From Tubiluchus corallicola (taxonomy: Eukaryota > Animalia > Priapulida), in contig JAQGDQ010000044.1 in assembly GCA_030141605.1 (NCBI GenBank), forward strand, positions 806,001 through 870,000: a stretch of 64,000 bases of DNA. Reading direction: 5' to 3'. Position numbers and translations under genes: made by a program. Of this stretch, positions 23,801 through 36,000 are shown piece after piece. The notes under the pieces were generated by a model. It ran no database searches. It worked only from the letters and a program-made list of their open reading frames with translations, and was not told the DNA's origin. Position 1 is the stretch's first letter. The number at the start of each line of letters is the position of its first letter.

Positions 23801-24563
23801 TTTAACAGGTAATAAGATCTATAGTATCACGGCGTTGTTCAAGCAAAGATACAAAGTCAGGTTGAATATCAGAGGCCAGAGTAATACACCTCCATTCAGT
23901 TCTTTCTAAAGCATTTTTAAAGGTGACATAAGGTGAGTGACATTGTCATACCATTGCTCAATTTCAGACAAGTCTGCTTGTAAGATCTCTTGATCAGAGG
24001 AATTTCTAATTGGACGGTAAGGCTTTATATCATCAAAAACAGCGGTATACGTGTGTCAGGGGATACACAATCAGTAACATCATTGACAAAAATAAGAAAA
24101 CAATTGGGTCCTGACAAAGTCCCTTGAGGAATGCCACTGGTTATATTTCTCCAGAAAGTGGTTACACCATTTAAACCCATTCTTCGCTGTTTGTGTGTTA
24201 GAAAATATTGAAACCATTGGAGTAGTTTCCCTCTTATACCTGCAAATTCCATTTTTAACACGAGACGACGAAGAGGAACAAAATCAAATGCTTTTCTAAA
24301 ATCAATATATAGAATATCAATTGATGGGAGAGAAGGTGCATCAAAGAATTGCGACCAGTCATTTAGGCATTCAAGACTTGTTACAGTGGAACGTTGTGGT
24401 AATCAGCCATGACAAATCTATCCATGTTCAAAATAATGGGGGTAGCTGCAAAGGTGAGTGAGTTATTATTATTGACCTTGTTTTCCTTATTCAGGCAAAC
24501 TGCTGCAGGATTTCCAGAAAATGGGTAACTTGTAAATGCATCGACGGTAAATAACGACAACAT
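16804..24563 (-). CDS. PBLD: Phenazine biosynthesis-like domain-containing protein (PhzF/diaminopimelate epimerase-like fold), 296 aa. Exons 24563-24477, 21565-21352, 21049-20907, 19911-19823, 18358-18123, 16925-16804
   Basis: Motifs VDAFTSYPFSGNPAAVC, MQSIASEMNISETAF, LRWFTPTNEVPLCGHATLA, FETKSGPL, DFFSRFFTPWNGIPEDPVTGSAHTVL and ARQCSKRGG. All introns are GT-AG with consistent phases (0,1,0,2,1). TAG stop at 16806-16804. Confidence 0.96.
17810..17848. repeat. (TA)n microsatellite
   Basis: Seen directly. Confidence 0.9.
18123..18358 (-). CDS. PBLD: PBLD exon 5
   Basis: NDLESLNPQ...YDFFSRFFTPWNGIPEDPVTGSAHTVLAPYW. Confidence 0.95.
19823..19911 (-). CDS. PBLD: PBLD exon 4
   Basis: VCVGNLPVKDVQYSPTTKKLLIVLDSNLTR. 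Confidence 0.92.
20907..21049 (-). CDS. PBLD: PBLD exon 3
   Basis: GNTSPSLTFETKSGPLTVQKKENGYLLMDLPSNPPQP...LLK. Confidence 0.93.
21352..21565 (-). CDS. PBLD: PBLD exon 2
   Basis: AHDDLSEEVMQSIASEMNISETAFV...RWFTPTNEVPLCGHATLATAAVL. Confidence 0.95.
21835..22270 (+). mobile_element. Degenerate CR1-clade LINE reverse transcriptase fragment in PBLD intron 1
   Basis: Frameshifted remnants ...FSDNAKLY...LQNDI...MLFNVDKREEMHWG...LKFSQQCIVAVKKANKNLG resemble the CR1 RT FADD-to-thumb region. Confidence 0.75.
23590..24420 (-). mobile_element. Degenerate CR1-clade LINE ORF2 (RT) fragment in PBLD intron 1
   Basis: ...RSTVTS...NDWSQFFD...IDILYIDFRKAFDFVP...GIRGKLLQWFQYFLTHK...TSGIPQGTLSGPNCFLIFVND...HFFASRVVGPWNSL. 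Confidence 0.88.
24477..24563 (-). CDS. PBLD: PBLD exon 1
   Basis: MLSLFTVDAFTSYPFSGNPAAVCLNKENK; gtcaat donor. Confidence 0.9.
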
Positions 24564-25044
24564 TCTCAACTTAATTAAGGAAAAGCTACGTGAAATAAAC
24601 ATTAGCACAAAAACAACGTATGAAAGGCGCAGACATTTTGTAATTGGCTTCTTGTACAGTGCTGCCGCAAAGAAAAATGCGGAGAAAACCAAAAATGCGC
24701 AGTGCATCAACCAGGAGCGGGGAGAATGTAGATTAGCCGTGTTAGGTGTTAGTTTTATCGTTATTCGTGTTACAAGTTGGTCAGATTTTATCAATTCGAT
24801 GACTTTAGGTAACTTAAATTATCCTACTCGCTGTGATTTACTGCACCAAGTGTGATTCTAGAAAGCACTTGTAAAACAGTAAGTCGATTCTTTAAGTGAC
24901 GCTGTTGTTATCTCAGTTGGACAGATGCGCCATTTTCATCTTCATTTTAGTGTAACTGATTACTGAACCGTGAAATTTTAGGGATTTGTATAATTGGCGG
25001 CATATGAAACCCAACCATCGAGAAGGCAGGTGACTTTCACGAAC
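24564..25044. promoter_or_regulatory. Compact divergent promoter/5'UTR region between PBLD and calcineurin A
   Basis: Head-to-head ATGs only 481 bp apart (24563 - and 25045 +). Possible calcineurin UTR intron (gtaagt near 24879 to ttttag near 24950). 9-codon uORF at 25004-25033. Confidence 0.6.
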
Positions 25045-25093
25045 ATGGCGAACATAAGTGACAAGTTGCCATGTGCGGAAAGGATAGTAAAAA
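25045..25093 (+). CDS. PPP3CA: Calcineurin A exon 1
   Basis: AACATGG start; [16 protein letters not shown]+A; the gtaagt donor joins exon 2 in phase 1 to give KSVPFPP. Confidence 0.85.
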
Positions 25094-27012
25094 GTAAGTA
25101 TAATTATTAATGTTTTTTCGATTTGCAGTTGAATGTACAGTTGTACCTCGTACGCTGCACGTAGCTACATGCTGTAGAAATGTATATATTTATTTAGCTG
25201 AGACGGGTTTATTTATATTAGGCACAGCTAAGCATAACACTTCGAGTTTTTCAATTTAAGATTGTGATTGCTAAATAAAATGTGAACTTTGGTGAGTTAA
25301 AGCGTAAACCAATTTTTGCTATATCAAAGTTCACAGTTATAGTAAACTAAAGTGAAACAAGTTGGAGACAGCTGCCTTTTTATATATAGGAATTTCTGGT
25401 ATTCATTTTTCATTGAATAAAGAAAATTTAAATTAATGCCCAAAAGAATGGATGATTTAAAATGTCTGTAGTCACATCATATTGTCCACTAATTAAGTGC
25501 TTGAATTTTTTATCTAATAATGACCGGTTAACCTTAGCTATTTTAGGCCTAGACGTCAAAGCAAAATTAAGTCCAAGTAAAAAAAGTAAAAAAGAAACAT
25601 TCTTTCTTAAAAATAATAATGTTAGATGTTATAAGTGGAGGAATGGATGTTAAGAAGTATTAAGTTAAAGAGTTAGAGAGATATTTTAGTAGATTGAACA
25701 TTGTCATTGTTCTTTATACATGTGAATGAACGTTACCCTGGATACATCTGCATACTGATTTCTTGTAAATTATGCATTAGCAGTGCTGCATCATAGTGCA
25801 TATAGCCGCAGTGGTTACTGTTTAGCAGGATAGCTGCATTGATGATTGCAAATTTATGCAGGCAAACCTTTCTTGTGTTAAAAAAACTGCTTTGGTCATG
25901 TCACATTGTGAAACATCATGAAAGATGTTTGTAAAAAAATGTGGTTGCAAAAAGTTGCAAAATAAACCATAGACTGAGGCTAGCCCCTCAATGTATGTTT
26001 CCAATGGATGTATCCTAAATATGCATCCTCTTTTCAGTACTCGTGTTGTTGTTGGTTTTTTCTTTTTCTTCGTAGGCGCTGTACATGAAAAAAGGCTTAG
26101 GCTTCGACTCTTAAAAGCAGATCCAATAAATTGTTTGGTTTGGGTTGATACTAGAGAATATCATGAATAGACTAATAAAGTTGGATTTGTCGTATATGAC
26201 ATGTCTAAGATGGTGATGTTGATGTCATGTTCACAGAAAGCTATTTGAGGTTGTACTATACCTAAACTAATGTAGCGAAATTTTTCAGAGTGAATCCATA
26301 GTTCTTCTATGAGTGCTATAATGACGGTTATAATTAATGATCAATGTTAGTCAAAGTGTAGCTATCATCAAGCCTCTTGTCTGGAAGAAAGTTCTTAAAG
26401 GTTCTCAAAGCTTACTAGCTTCGCAAAATCTTATTTTGGTACTAGGCATTATAATACATGTTTAAAACTATTAGCTACAAGTTTTGTGCATGCCCTAAGT
26501 ATTTTTAAGTGAGTAGTCATAAAACTTTAAATTGGCAATAGCAATAAGTGTTTGAAAAAGTTTTGTATTAAAGTAGCAGTTTTGTTAGTTGCAGTGTTAA
26601 TGGTAGAGGCAGTAGCAAATAGCAATAGCAGTAATAATAAGAAGGCTAAACTCCGCAAAAAAGTTAGCGCATAACCCACGATGACAAACTACACCACACC
26701 CACCACACCACGCCACCCACACCCACTACATCATACCGTACCCCCCATGTCACACCCGCAAAACCGTCACTTTAACACGTTACTATACTAATACTAATAC
26801 TATACTACTATACAAATACTCTACTATACTATTTACTATCTATTGTGTGTTTCCTGTAGGCAGTACAGCCATAGCCATTAGCCAATGTTTGTGTCCATCT
26901 CTGTGAATGGTCTATTCCATGTCATTCAACTGCTTTTCCTAGCTTCACATAGTTATCCCAATTTGCCTGAAGCCTTGTTTTTTATTATATGCATATATAT
27001 ATATATATGCTT

Positions 27013-27056
<44 letters not shown>

Positions 27057-30000
27057 TATACTATATACTATATATATATATGCTTGACTATATATATATA
27101 TAGTTGAATGACATGGAATATATATACATATAATATTATATTCTGTAAATGCAAAATTATTAATATTAATTTATTTATTAGCCACAGTTGCTTGGCAGGT
27201 AGTTTTTAAACATTTTTGTGATAGTATGTGTACTTAAATACAATTCTATCAACCGTAGGAGCTGGCGTACAAAATATTTCAAAGTTAAACCAAAATAAAA
27301 AAGAATAAAAATTCGTTTCAAAGTCAAATTCAGAAAAATTTGTTAACCCGAAGTAAAAAAGAGATATTTTGGAGATTTTTGTAAAATCACATACGTGAAT
27401 ATTGGCATCTTCGGGACACAAATAGCCTTCTGGTTTGTTTAATGGTCTGAGTCACACTGGTATTCATGACATAGATTAACTTACAAAATCACACGTGAGA
27501 ATGACGATATGATACTTTTTGCCTAAATTTTGTTATTTTAGAAAAGTTAAATATTCGTGTTTCTCGTGTCATTTTACACTGTGCAGTATGTAGCTGTGCT
27601 ATGAGGAAGTGTAAATAATACACATATGATCACACCACTATGAAGCACAAGGGTACATGGCCTCTTCGTTTGGAAATCGTGTTATTACTGTCTAATATAA
27701 TACTTTGGTCTTTTAACCTTTAGATTTTGAAAGTCGATAAATGAATCTTTTGCATTTTCAGTTTATTAAACTTCACCTTATTGTTAGTAGTTTGGCTGCA
27801 AGGGCAAAAAGAATTTATGCATGCTTTACTTTTATTATAAATGATTTTTACAATTGTAACTCCAGACTTCCACACTTAATGTTAGGGATTTAAAAAATAA
27901 GTCTTTAAAATAGTATGAATAGCGTCTTAAATGATACAAGGCTGTGAGTTCAAGTTTTAATTTGAATTTGTTAAATTTTGTGATTGACATTCATAAAATT
28001 TAGTCATGTGCTATAAAATTGTTCATAAAGAGCTATATCTAAATGTTGACAAACTTGTCAACAAAACCAAAAGTAACCATTCGCTCAAACTCTTTGTTAG
28101 GCGTACTGCAAAAAAAGCTTTTGCTGACTTTTTCTCGAACAAGGTTGTCCCTATCTGGAATAGCTTACCCGCACAACTAAATGGATTTCCACTTGTAACA
28201 GCACAGACCCAAAACATTTTAAAACTAGGTTAGATGCTGTGGACTTAATTGGATTTTTGCTTTTTGATTGGCTCTTATAAGCAAGTAATTCAGCCTCTGA
28301 GCGTCTCCCCAACATCATAAATTCGATGATTTTTTTATGTAAACACTTGCTTTTTAATTATGGTTTGTGTGTGATGTGAAAATAAATTAAATTAAAATTT
28401 AAAAAATTAAAACTCTTTTATACTTTCAAAACTGCATGAAATTTGCATGTAGTTTATTGCCACCAGGCAGCTGTTATATGTAGTTTTAAATCTGTATGTA
28501 ATCGTTATATTAATTAATTTTAGCGGCAATGTCACAAAAAGTGCTTTGATTACCCATATATAGTGTTCTGCTAATGGACCGTAGTGCTAGTGAACCAAAA
28601 AAATCGATTTTTTGCATAGGATAAGTGATTTTAAATGAACCAATGACGTGGTTAAATGAACAGCAAATTCCGAAAAAATGATAAGGGAAAAAGATTACTG
28701 TATTACCATAGTTCATGAATGACACTTGGCTGATGGGGGCCCATGTACTGAAGCCGTCATATGTACAGCAGGCAGCTAGGTTCTATTTTGGGTTTGCGGT
28801 TTCTGCCCTGTTTAACATCATTAGGCTGAAGATTTTCACAGCATCCCATGACCTACGCGTCTTAGTCGTGAAATTGTATGCCAGGGTGAGAAATTGTCGA
28901 ATCAAAATCTGAAGTTTAATTTGATTTATTTGTTGCTAGCTACTCATTAGAAACTCAGGACTTACAAGCGCTGCTGCAATTATGCTATGTGATTAAATTT
29001 ATGCAGGGTACCAGAGGCTGGACATCCTTTTACCACATCAGATATGTGAAGACCCTTTCAAAAACGTCAGCATTTGAATAATGTACAACTATGAATATTG
29101 CTCTAAATATGATAGACATTTAGGATAACTTAGCTTAAACTGTGTGCTTTATTTGTAGTGTAAAGCTTTTAAATCAGTCTTAAAATTTTTCAAATGGTCT
29201 ACTCTTAAACTTTCTACCAACTAACGCTACCTGAATAACAAGATTGAAAATCACAAATGTATAAAAAAAAGTTTTCTATTTTGAGCTGTCTCCCTGATAA
29301 TGCAATATGTAAAGTGAACCAATATCAGTCTTCTTCAACATAAGAAGTTGAGTATTTTTCTTATGACAAAAATTTCTGCAGAAATCAGACTGCGAGAGTT
29401 TATAAACCATTAACTTTAAGTTTTTTAATGTATGACTTCACTAACTTATGTGACCATTTAGTAAATTTAAATTAAAAAAACGTTAAAGAAATTAAAATGT
29501 AGATCCACTGAATAAAAAATCCCACAGTTAAAAAACAAGGAAAAGGTAAGTTCTAAGCACAACGTTTCGAAAAAAATTCTTTTTTGTACCTTTGTATTCA
29601 CCTAAAAAACTACTATAGTGGTTCGAAACGTCACGCACTTTCTTTGTTCTTTCTTGTTTTTTCTTATTTTTTTTGGTCACTGTCGCAGTTCTTGTTACTA
29701 AGAATACTATTGCATATATTGATAAATTCGGTACATTTTTTTCCACAATAGGGGCCATTATAGGGCTATATACCAGCTAAAAATTAAACACAATTTACAC
29801 AGAGTAAAATATTTAAGGCCTTTTTTGATCATGAATTTTCCGTGCCATAAATGTTCTCATTGACTTTAGGTTACATTTTTAACATTATTGCTCATCTTGA
29901 AAACGTGAACATAATAAATTAAATTTAAGCCACCTCTAATCTCCTCGTCACCCGTGGCCCGCATGTGACCTTCTCTTGGCTGAGTTAATGGACTAAGAAA

Positions 30001-33000
30001 ACAATCCGACAGGAGATACACAAACTCTGAGGTTTGAAAAACTTATGGCTCGTTTTTTCCTTCTTAATTTTAAAATTGGAAAGTTGGTTTCCGCATGTTG
30101 GAAATAAATGCCATGTGTTTCAGGGAAAAGTATAAATTATCCTACGCAAGGTGCTTATTTTCGAGCATCGATCAATACAAAAGCGGAATACGGTCAGAAA
30201 AGACACTTTTTGTCAGAAACACTGTATCTAGCTTTTGCTTTTAAATTCTGAGCTTAGCTATGGGCGCTATACTTGTACATACCTTTTCCATCATAAATAC
30301 TGTACATGTGGATAGCATATTCTCTTTTTAAATTTTGGCTTGCCGTTTAAATTTACATTAGCCGGTGTTACTGTATGTGTAAATTACGTGTACAGAATGG
30401 CATACTGTAAATGTGACGAAAGGGACTACTGTACAACTTAGTCTGTATTTACTAATTTTAGTTACCAGTAGTTTAAAAAATCGCATGTTTTACTCTAGAG
30501 CTTTTTTAAAAATGTTTAAACCCGGTTGGACTAATGTTCTCATTTTAGTTTACTGTTGCATCTTATAATAGAGCTCGTTTTTGATGCTAAATAGAACTCA
30601 TGCTTGCCCCGAATTAGACTATTTCTCTGTTTTGTAGATTTTTGCAGTAGTGGAACTTCGTAGAAATATTAATGGTCTCTTAGGAACGCATCAGTTAGAC
30701 TAATGTTCTGCCAATATCCATTCCTCCAACGTTGTGCAGTTACTTAAACTTACTTTCCATATGTTTTAAAACCCCCAAGGAAACAAATTTACCCATCTAT
30801 CTTCAACTTGCTTGCCGCTAGCTCCGGGTAGGAGTACGCTTTAATGATAACTGCTGTCTACCCTGTCTACGGGTCTAACTTTATGATTCTGTACTGCATA
30901 ACAAAGTTGCATATATTGAATTGTCAGTTCCGTCTGTCTGTCTGTCCGTCAGTCACTACTTTTTCTCGGCCGTGGAGTAATGTAGGTTATCTATACCTCG
31001 CACGGACATAGGGCATCATTCAAGCTGTTAGTTTTTCAATCAATCGGTGTAGTTTTGAACTTTTGACGCATAACAATTATACGGTATAATAAGAATATTT
31101 TTATCGCTATAATAAGCTGCGTACCGCGACTATAGGTTTATTGGTCATATATGTTTGTTTGTATCTGTACGTCATGCGTCTCTAGATGTCTATACTTTCT
31201 ATACGTCTATATGTATCTGTACGTTTATCAGTATCTGGCCATTTTTTTACGTAATTAACCGTCAAGTAACATTGAAGGATATCACCTCGCGCAGTGGAAG
31301 GGCATCTTTCAAGCGCGGAGCCGACTACAGAAGTTTCGGTCCTAAACATCTATCTGTCTCTTTGTCTGTCAGTCTGTTACCACTTTCGCTCGCTCCCGAG
31401 TAATCTAAAAAGTTGAAACGTCTTACAACTGTAGGGCATGGTTCAACCTCGTATACATACTGTAAATTTTGGGGTCAGTTGGCACAGCTTTCTTGAAGAT
31501 TTGTGTATAGCAAAGTTCTGTAACTATCGCTCAAGTGTACGTGATCGAGTGACAACTAAGTGAATTATGATTCATTATAAGCATCAGATAACAACAATCA
31601 CTAACATATGTTATGCAGAAAACATATTTTTGTGACAGCCTCCATGTACGTAAACCCGCAGGATATGATGGTAGTCTGTGGTTTTTCAAAGCCTTCAAGT
31701 ATACCTGTATCTGAATTTAGATCTTTGTTTGAAGTTTTAAGTTTTTAAATCCACACGCATTGTAACTCGGACACGTTTAAAGTTTCTTCTATTAAAAATT
31801 CAAATTAGAATTCTGGCCAAATTAGAAATTTAGTATCATTTTAAGTGTCATTGGAGAATATACATCTTTGAAATTGTCTCAGAATATATCGACCTCGTCA
31901 TGGCAACTATGTCCCTTTACTTAAGTTACTTTAGTTAAGATTCTGCTTATAGCAGAATCTTCTTGATTTTTTAATTTAGTTTGAGTTTAATATTATAAAA
32001 TGCAAAAAAGTGCAAATTATATTTTTTTATTTTCCTGCAAGTTATGTATGTTTTGTTTTGAGATTAAAATGATAATCTTTACGAATTTACCATCATATGC
32101 ATACGTCTGTATTCTGACAGCACAAGTTTCCTTACCATCATTTTGCATTTTACTGCAGTTATAGTTTCATAGTAGACTGTTTGAGGATATCATATCCAGA
32201 ACTTTCCAGAAATTTATTTTATGTCTATTCTCTACCGAACGTGCAAAACAGATGTGAAAAAAATCTGCCAAAGGACTGGAAAGATGTTCTTAAAACTACT
32301 CTGCCCTGTTATTAATAAGGTTCCCTTGTATACAAAAAGGATACTGTCAGAGCTTAAATTAAAACACTTGTAAAAATTTACTATAACCATTTTAAAGTTA
32401 TCCGAATAATTACTTTTGTCATTACTGTTACAGACAAGAGGTGTGCAATACAACCTATAAACATCAAGCAGTGTCATAAACGAATGGTCTCATAAAATAT
32501 ATTTTTGTCCCTTGCTATAAAAATCTGGTCATATTTTTGTACAAATGCAACCTTTTTATAAGTTGAACTGGTTTTCACGTTTGTTAGGCAGTGTTTGCAT
32601 CTGTCATGCATCTTGAATGGACGTAGCTCATTTACGAGGAAGGACGAAAACATATCACATTGTAGAAATGTAATGGTAATAAAAATAAATGAGATGTGAC
32701 ACTTCATTGCTCAGAAGAAGATTCTGTTTCAGAACTATAGAGAAATTTTGGGCAATAACAGGAATGACAAGGTAACAGCAATGACTAGTGAGGTAACAGT
32801 ACAACAAGAATGACACATATACACACTATATAAGCAACAACAAGTGTTTTATTAAATCTTCGTAACTGTTTGACAAGAACAGAAAAAATACAGCTTTTAA
32901 ATTTTTTATAAAAAGAACAATATCCATAAAAAACTCACTATATAATAAATTTTAATTTGAAAATCCGTCGTTTCTGCTATGCTCTAGCAATCTTTGTCAG

Positions 33001-36000
33001 GAGTATATTATGAGGCATTAAAATTCGAAACAAAACAAAAGCATTATAGCAAAACTAAGGGTATCTATGAAAACAATAATCATAGAGGAGAAAAACAGAA
33101 AATGTAATCTATCATTAATATAATATAGAATGATAATTCTTTAATATATATATTATATATGTGTGTGTGCGTGTGCGCGCGTGCATGTGTGTGCGTGCAT
33201 GCGTGTGTGATTTTTATTTAAAGCTAAGTTTTTACAATTAAGGCAGATTCAACTACGTGTTTCTTTAGTGATGTTCCTAGCTGGAAACGTTGGATTTCTC
33301 TAATGTAAATTTACTAATATTCATTATATAATGGATTGTTTATGAAATAGGTCAGAACAGATTTGGCCAAAAACAGATTTGTTTTAAGAAAAATCACAGG
33401 AACAGTAATCTTGTTGAAACTCAAACTGCACGTACATTATCGCAGCTGCTAATGGAACGCCATAAGAAAATATTAAATTATAAATGCCTTTGTCTTCTAC
33501 AGGTACATCTATTGGCTAATCTACCCATGCCATTGTTTAAACTGTGAAAAGCAGAAACTTCATGTTGTGCTAGTTTCCTTTCTATAAGCCAGATGGTCTC
33601 TCTGCTACTACACAATACTACTCTGAAATATCAAGATATCTTCTTACGTGTCATTGCTGTTACTTTGTTGTCACTCCTGTAACTTGAACGATTATAACAG
33701 GAGTGACAGTAACAGGAATGACTGTCAAGGAAAAAAACCTGCTCACACGGGCTAACTATCCTACTTCACCCTTTCCAAATAATTAGATTCAACACAGTAA
33801 AGTACTAAAATTAACCAGGCATGATTATAAGCATTTTATGTTCTGTTTTCTAATAACGGGATATATAACAGTAATGATCATGAATTAACATATCCAGAAA
33901 CAATGAACCCAAACTTTTGTCAGAAAACTTAAAAAAATATTGGAGAAGCCACCGTTAAAAAGTTTGCCAAATCACAATAGGTGGTGCTCTCTACTAACAA
34001 ATATTTAAAACAATAGAGTCAATCAGTGGTACATGCCTCAGCTTTTCCACCAAAGTAACAGGAATGTCGTTGAACTTGGAGACACACGTGAAATTAAACA
34101 ACACAAATATTTGCTAGTTCTGAAAGTATTTGGGAAGAGGAGTTTCACCTTTAGTGTGCTGTTTAGAATAAAATACTGCAAATTAGTTTTTAAACGGATA
34201 CTTTCTGCCAAATCTATCTAGAAAAGTTGAAAATGGGCACTGGGGACATAGGAAAAACTTTCACAGGAACTGATTTCAGCTTCAATAGAAATGTCCAAAT
34301 CACTTTTCTGGCAACAAATACAACTGGAATAAGTTTCTTTGGTGTCTACCAGTCATGAGACAGTATTGCACCAGAAACTTTGTTATTTAAAAAAATTATC
34401 CTGGGACAAAAATTGTACGTTCTGTGGAGAATGGCCCACTTACAGAATGCTAATATTTTTCATCTGAAGACTGAAACTGAAAGGGTAAAAAAAGTGTAGA
34501 ATATATACGGGTATCTCTTAATGGGAACGAGTGTGGATTGCAGAAAGATGACTGATGTCCCACGTTGTCCCACAACTTAAGAGGCTTATGGTACTAAATC
34601 AAATACTGCTTGTAAATCTGTTTCTGAAAGAAGTCGAAATAATTAATTTAAAAAAGCCCAGTCTGTATTTTCGTAGGAGATGCTACTTAAGTAGTCCAGT
34701 CGGTATTGTATTGGCAGTTTATCTTGGAGCTTTGTTTGTTTTCTTTTGCGGTCAAGAGCGGGTTCTAGGCTTTATAGTTTAAAGCACCTAAGTTTAGCAC
34801 TTGGAAAGGGAAGCCCAACTGACCCAGTAATTGGCGCGAAAAGACACAGTTCTGTAATGCATGGCTTCATATTCCAGCTGCTGGAGAAACTATATTTGGA
34901 ACTGATCACAGCTTCCTCATAACTGCGCATGAGACTCGGAAAGCTTTCCGTGTGTCAAGGAACTGTATTTTTGTTTGCCTTGCATTTTATTCACTGTCTG
35001 AATAATGCAATAAGGCTGGTCTTGTGGTCGTGTTAGCGTGATTGCCTCTTTTATTTCAAAAAACACCTTGTTACACAAAGAAATTTTTTTCGAAAGTTGG
35101 CGGAGGTGATTAACAAATAATGGAAGCAGAAAGTCCATAATTATAGTTGCTAAAAATGGGTAAATGTAGTGTTGGAATAGGGGTGAGCATTCTCTACCAG
35201 AAAGCGAATTCGAATCGAATCGAATCGAATTTGTGACTTTCTAATTCGAATTGAACCGAACTTCATTATTTCGATTTCAAATTGAGATTGAATGATTTTC
35301 GAACCAGTTTTCGAACCACCAGTAAAAATTAGTTTTACAAAGATCATGCATATTACTCGACTTTGTTCTACAGTAAAACCACTAATAATGTGTCTAAAAA
35401 ATTGTGCACAGAAATCACAGCTAAATTATGCTAATTGCATGGTGTTTCAAACATTTTAATGATAAAGAACGCATGTGGTTGAAGTGCTGAATTATTTGAA
35501 TCTATTGTTTTAGGTTCGAAACGAATTCGAACTAAAAAACTCGTTCGCACTCAAACGTTCGATGCTCACCCCTAGTGTGGAACATAGTGTTGTTCAAATG
35601 CCAGTGTCTGCCAACTAGAATTCGTTAGGTTGATAAACAGAATGATAAAAAAGTTACGAAACTAAAAGGCAAAATGTACAATATAATACTGGTCGACACC
35701 ACATAGAAGCAGCCCCTGAAAGCGCCTAGTGAACTTAGTTCAATTGTATGATTTAGCTTTTGCTGAAGTTTTACTAAACGTTTACGAACATGTTAAGTTT
35801 TCTGGCACTCATAGCGGGTAGCAGTCTCGATGTAGCGAATCATTTCAGGTAGAGCGCGCTCATTGTCACCAGGATCATAGTTAATACTGTACAGACTACT
35901 GTCTATATGTTCTCTATAAAATTTATTAAATAGTGAAATGTTTGTAGTGAATCTTAGTGATAACACTAAGCATGGAAAACGACCCTTCAACTAACTTCTG

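Noticed and set aside
29595-29640. Hammerhead-like CCTAAAAAACTACTATAGTGGTTCGAAACGTC (similar weak motif near 48090-48150)
   Set aside because: The CTGANGA core is absent; too degenerate to support.
35200-35320. Heat-shock element cluster (many GAA/TTC)
   Set aside because: The spacing is TTCGAA/GAATC rather than nGAAnnTTCn, and it is explained as MITE subterminal repeats.
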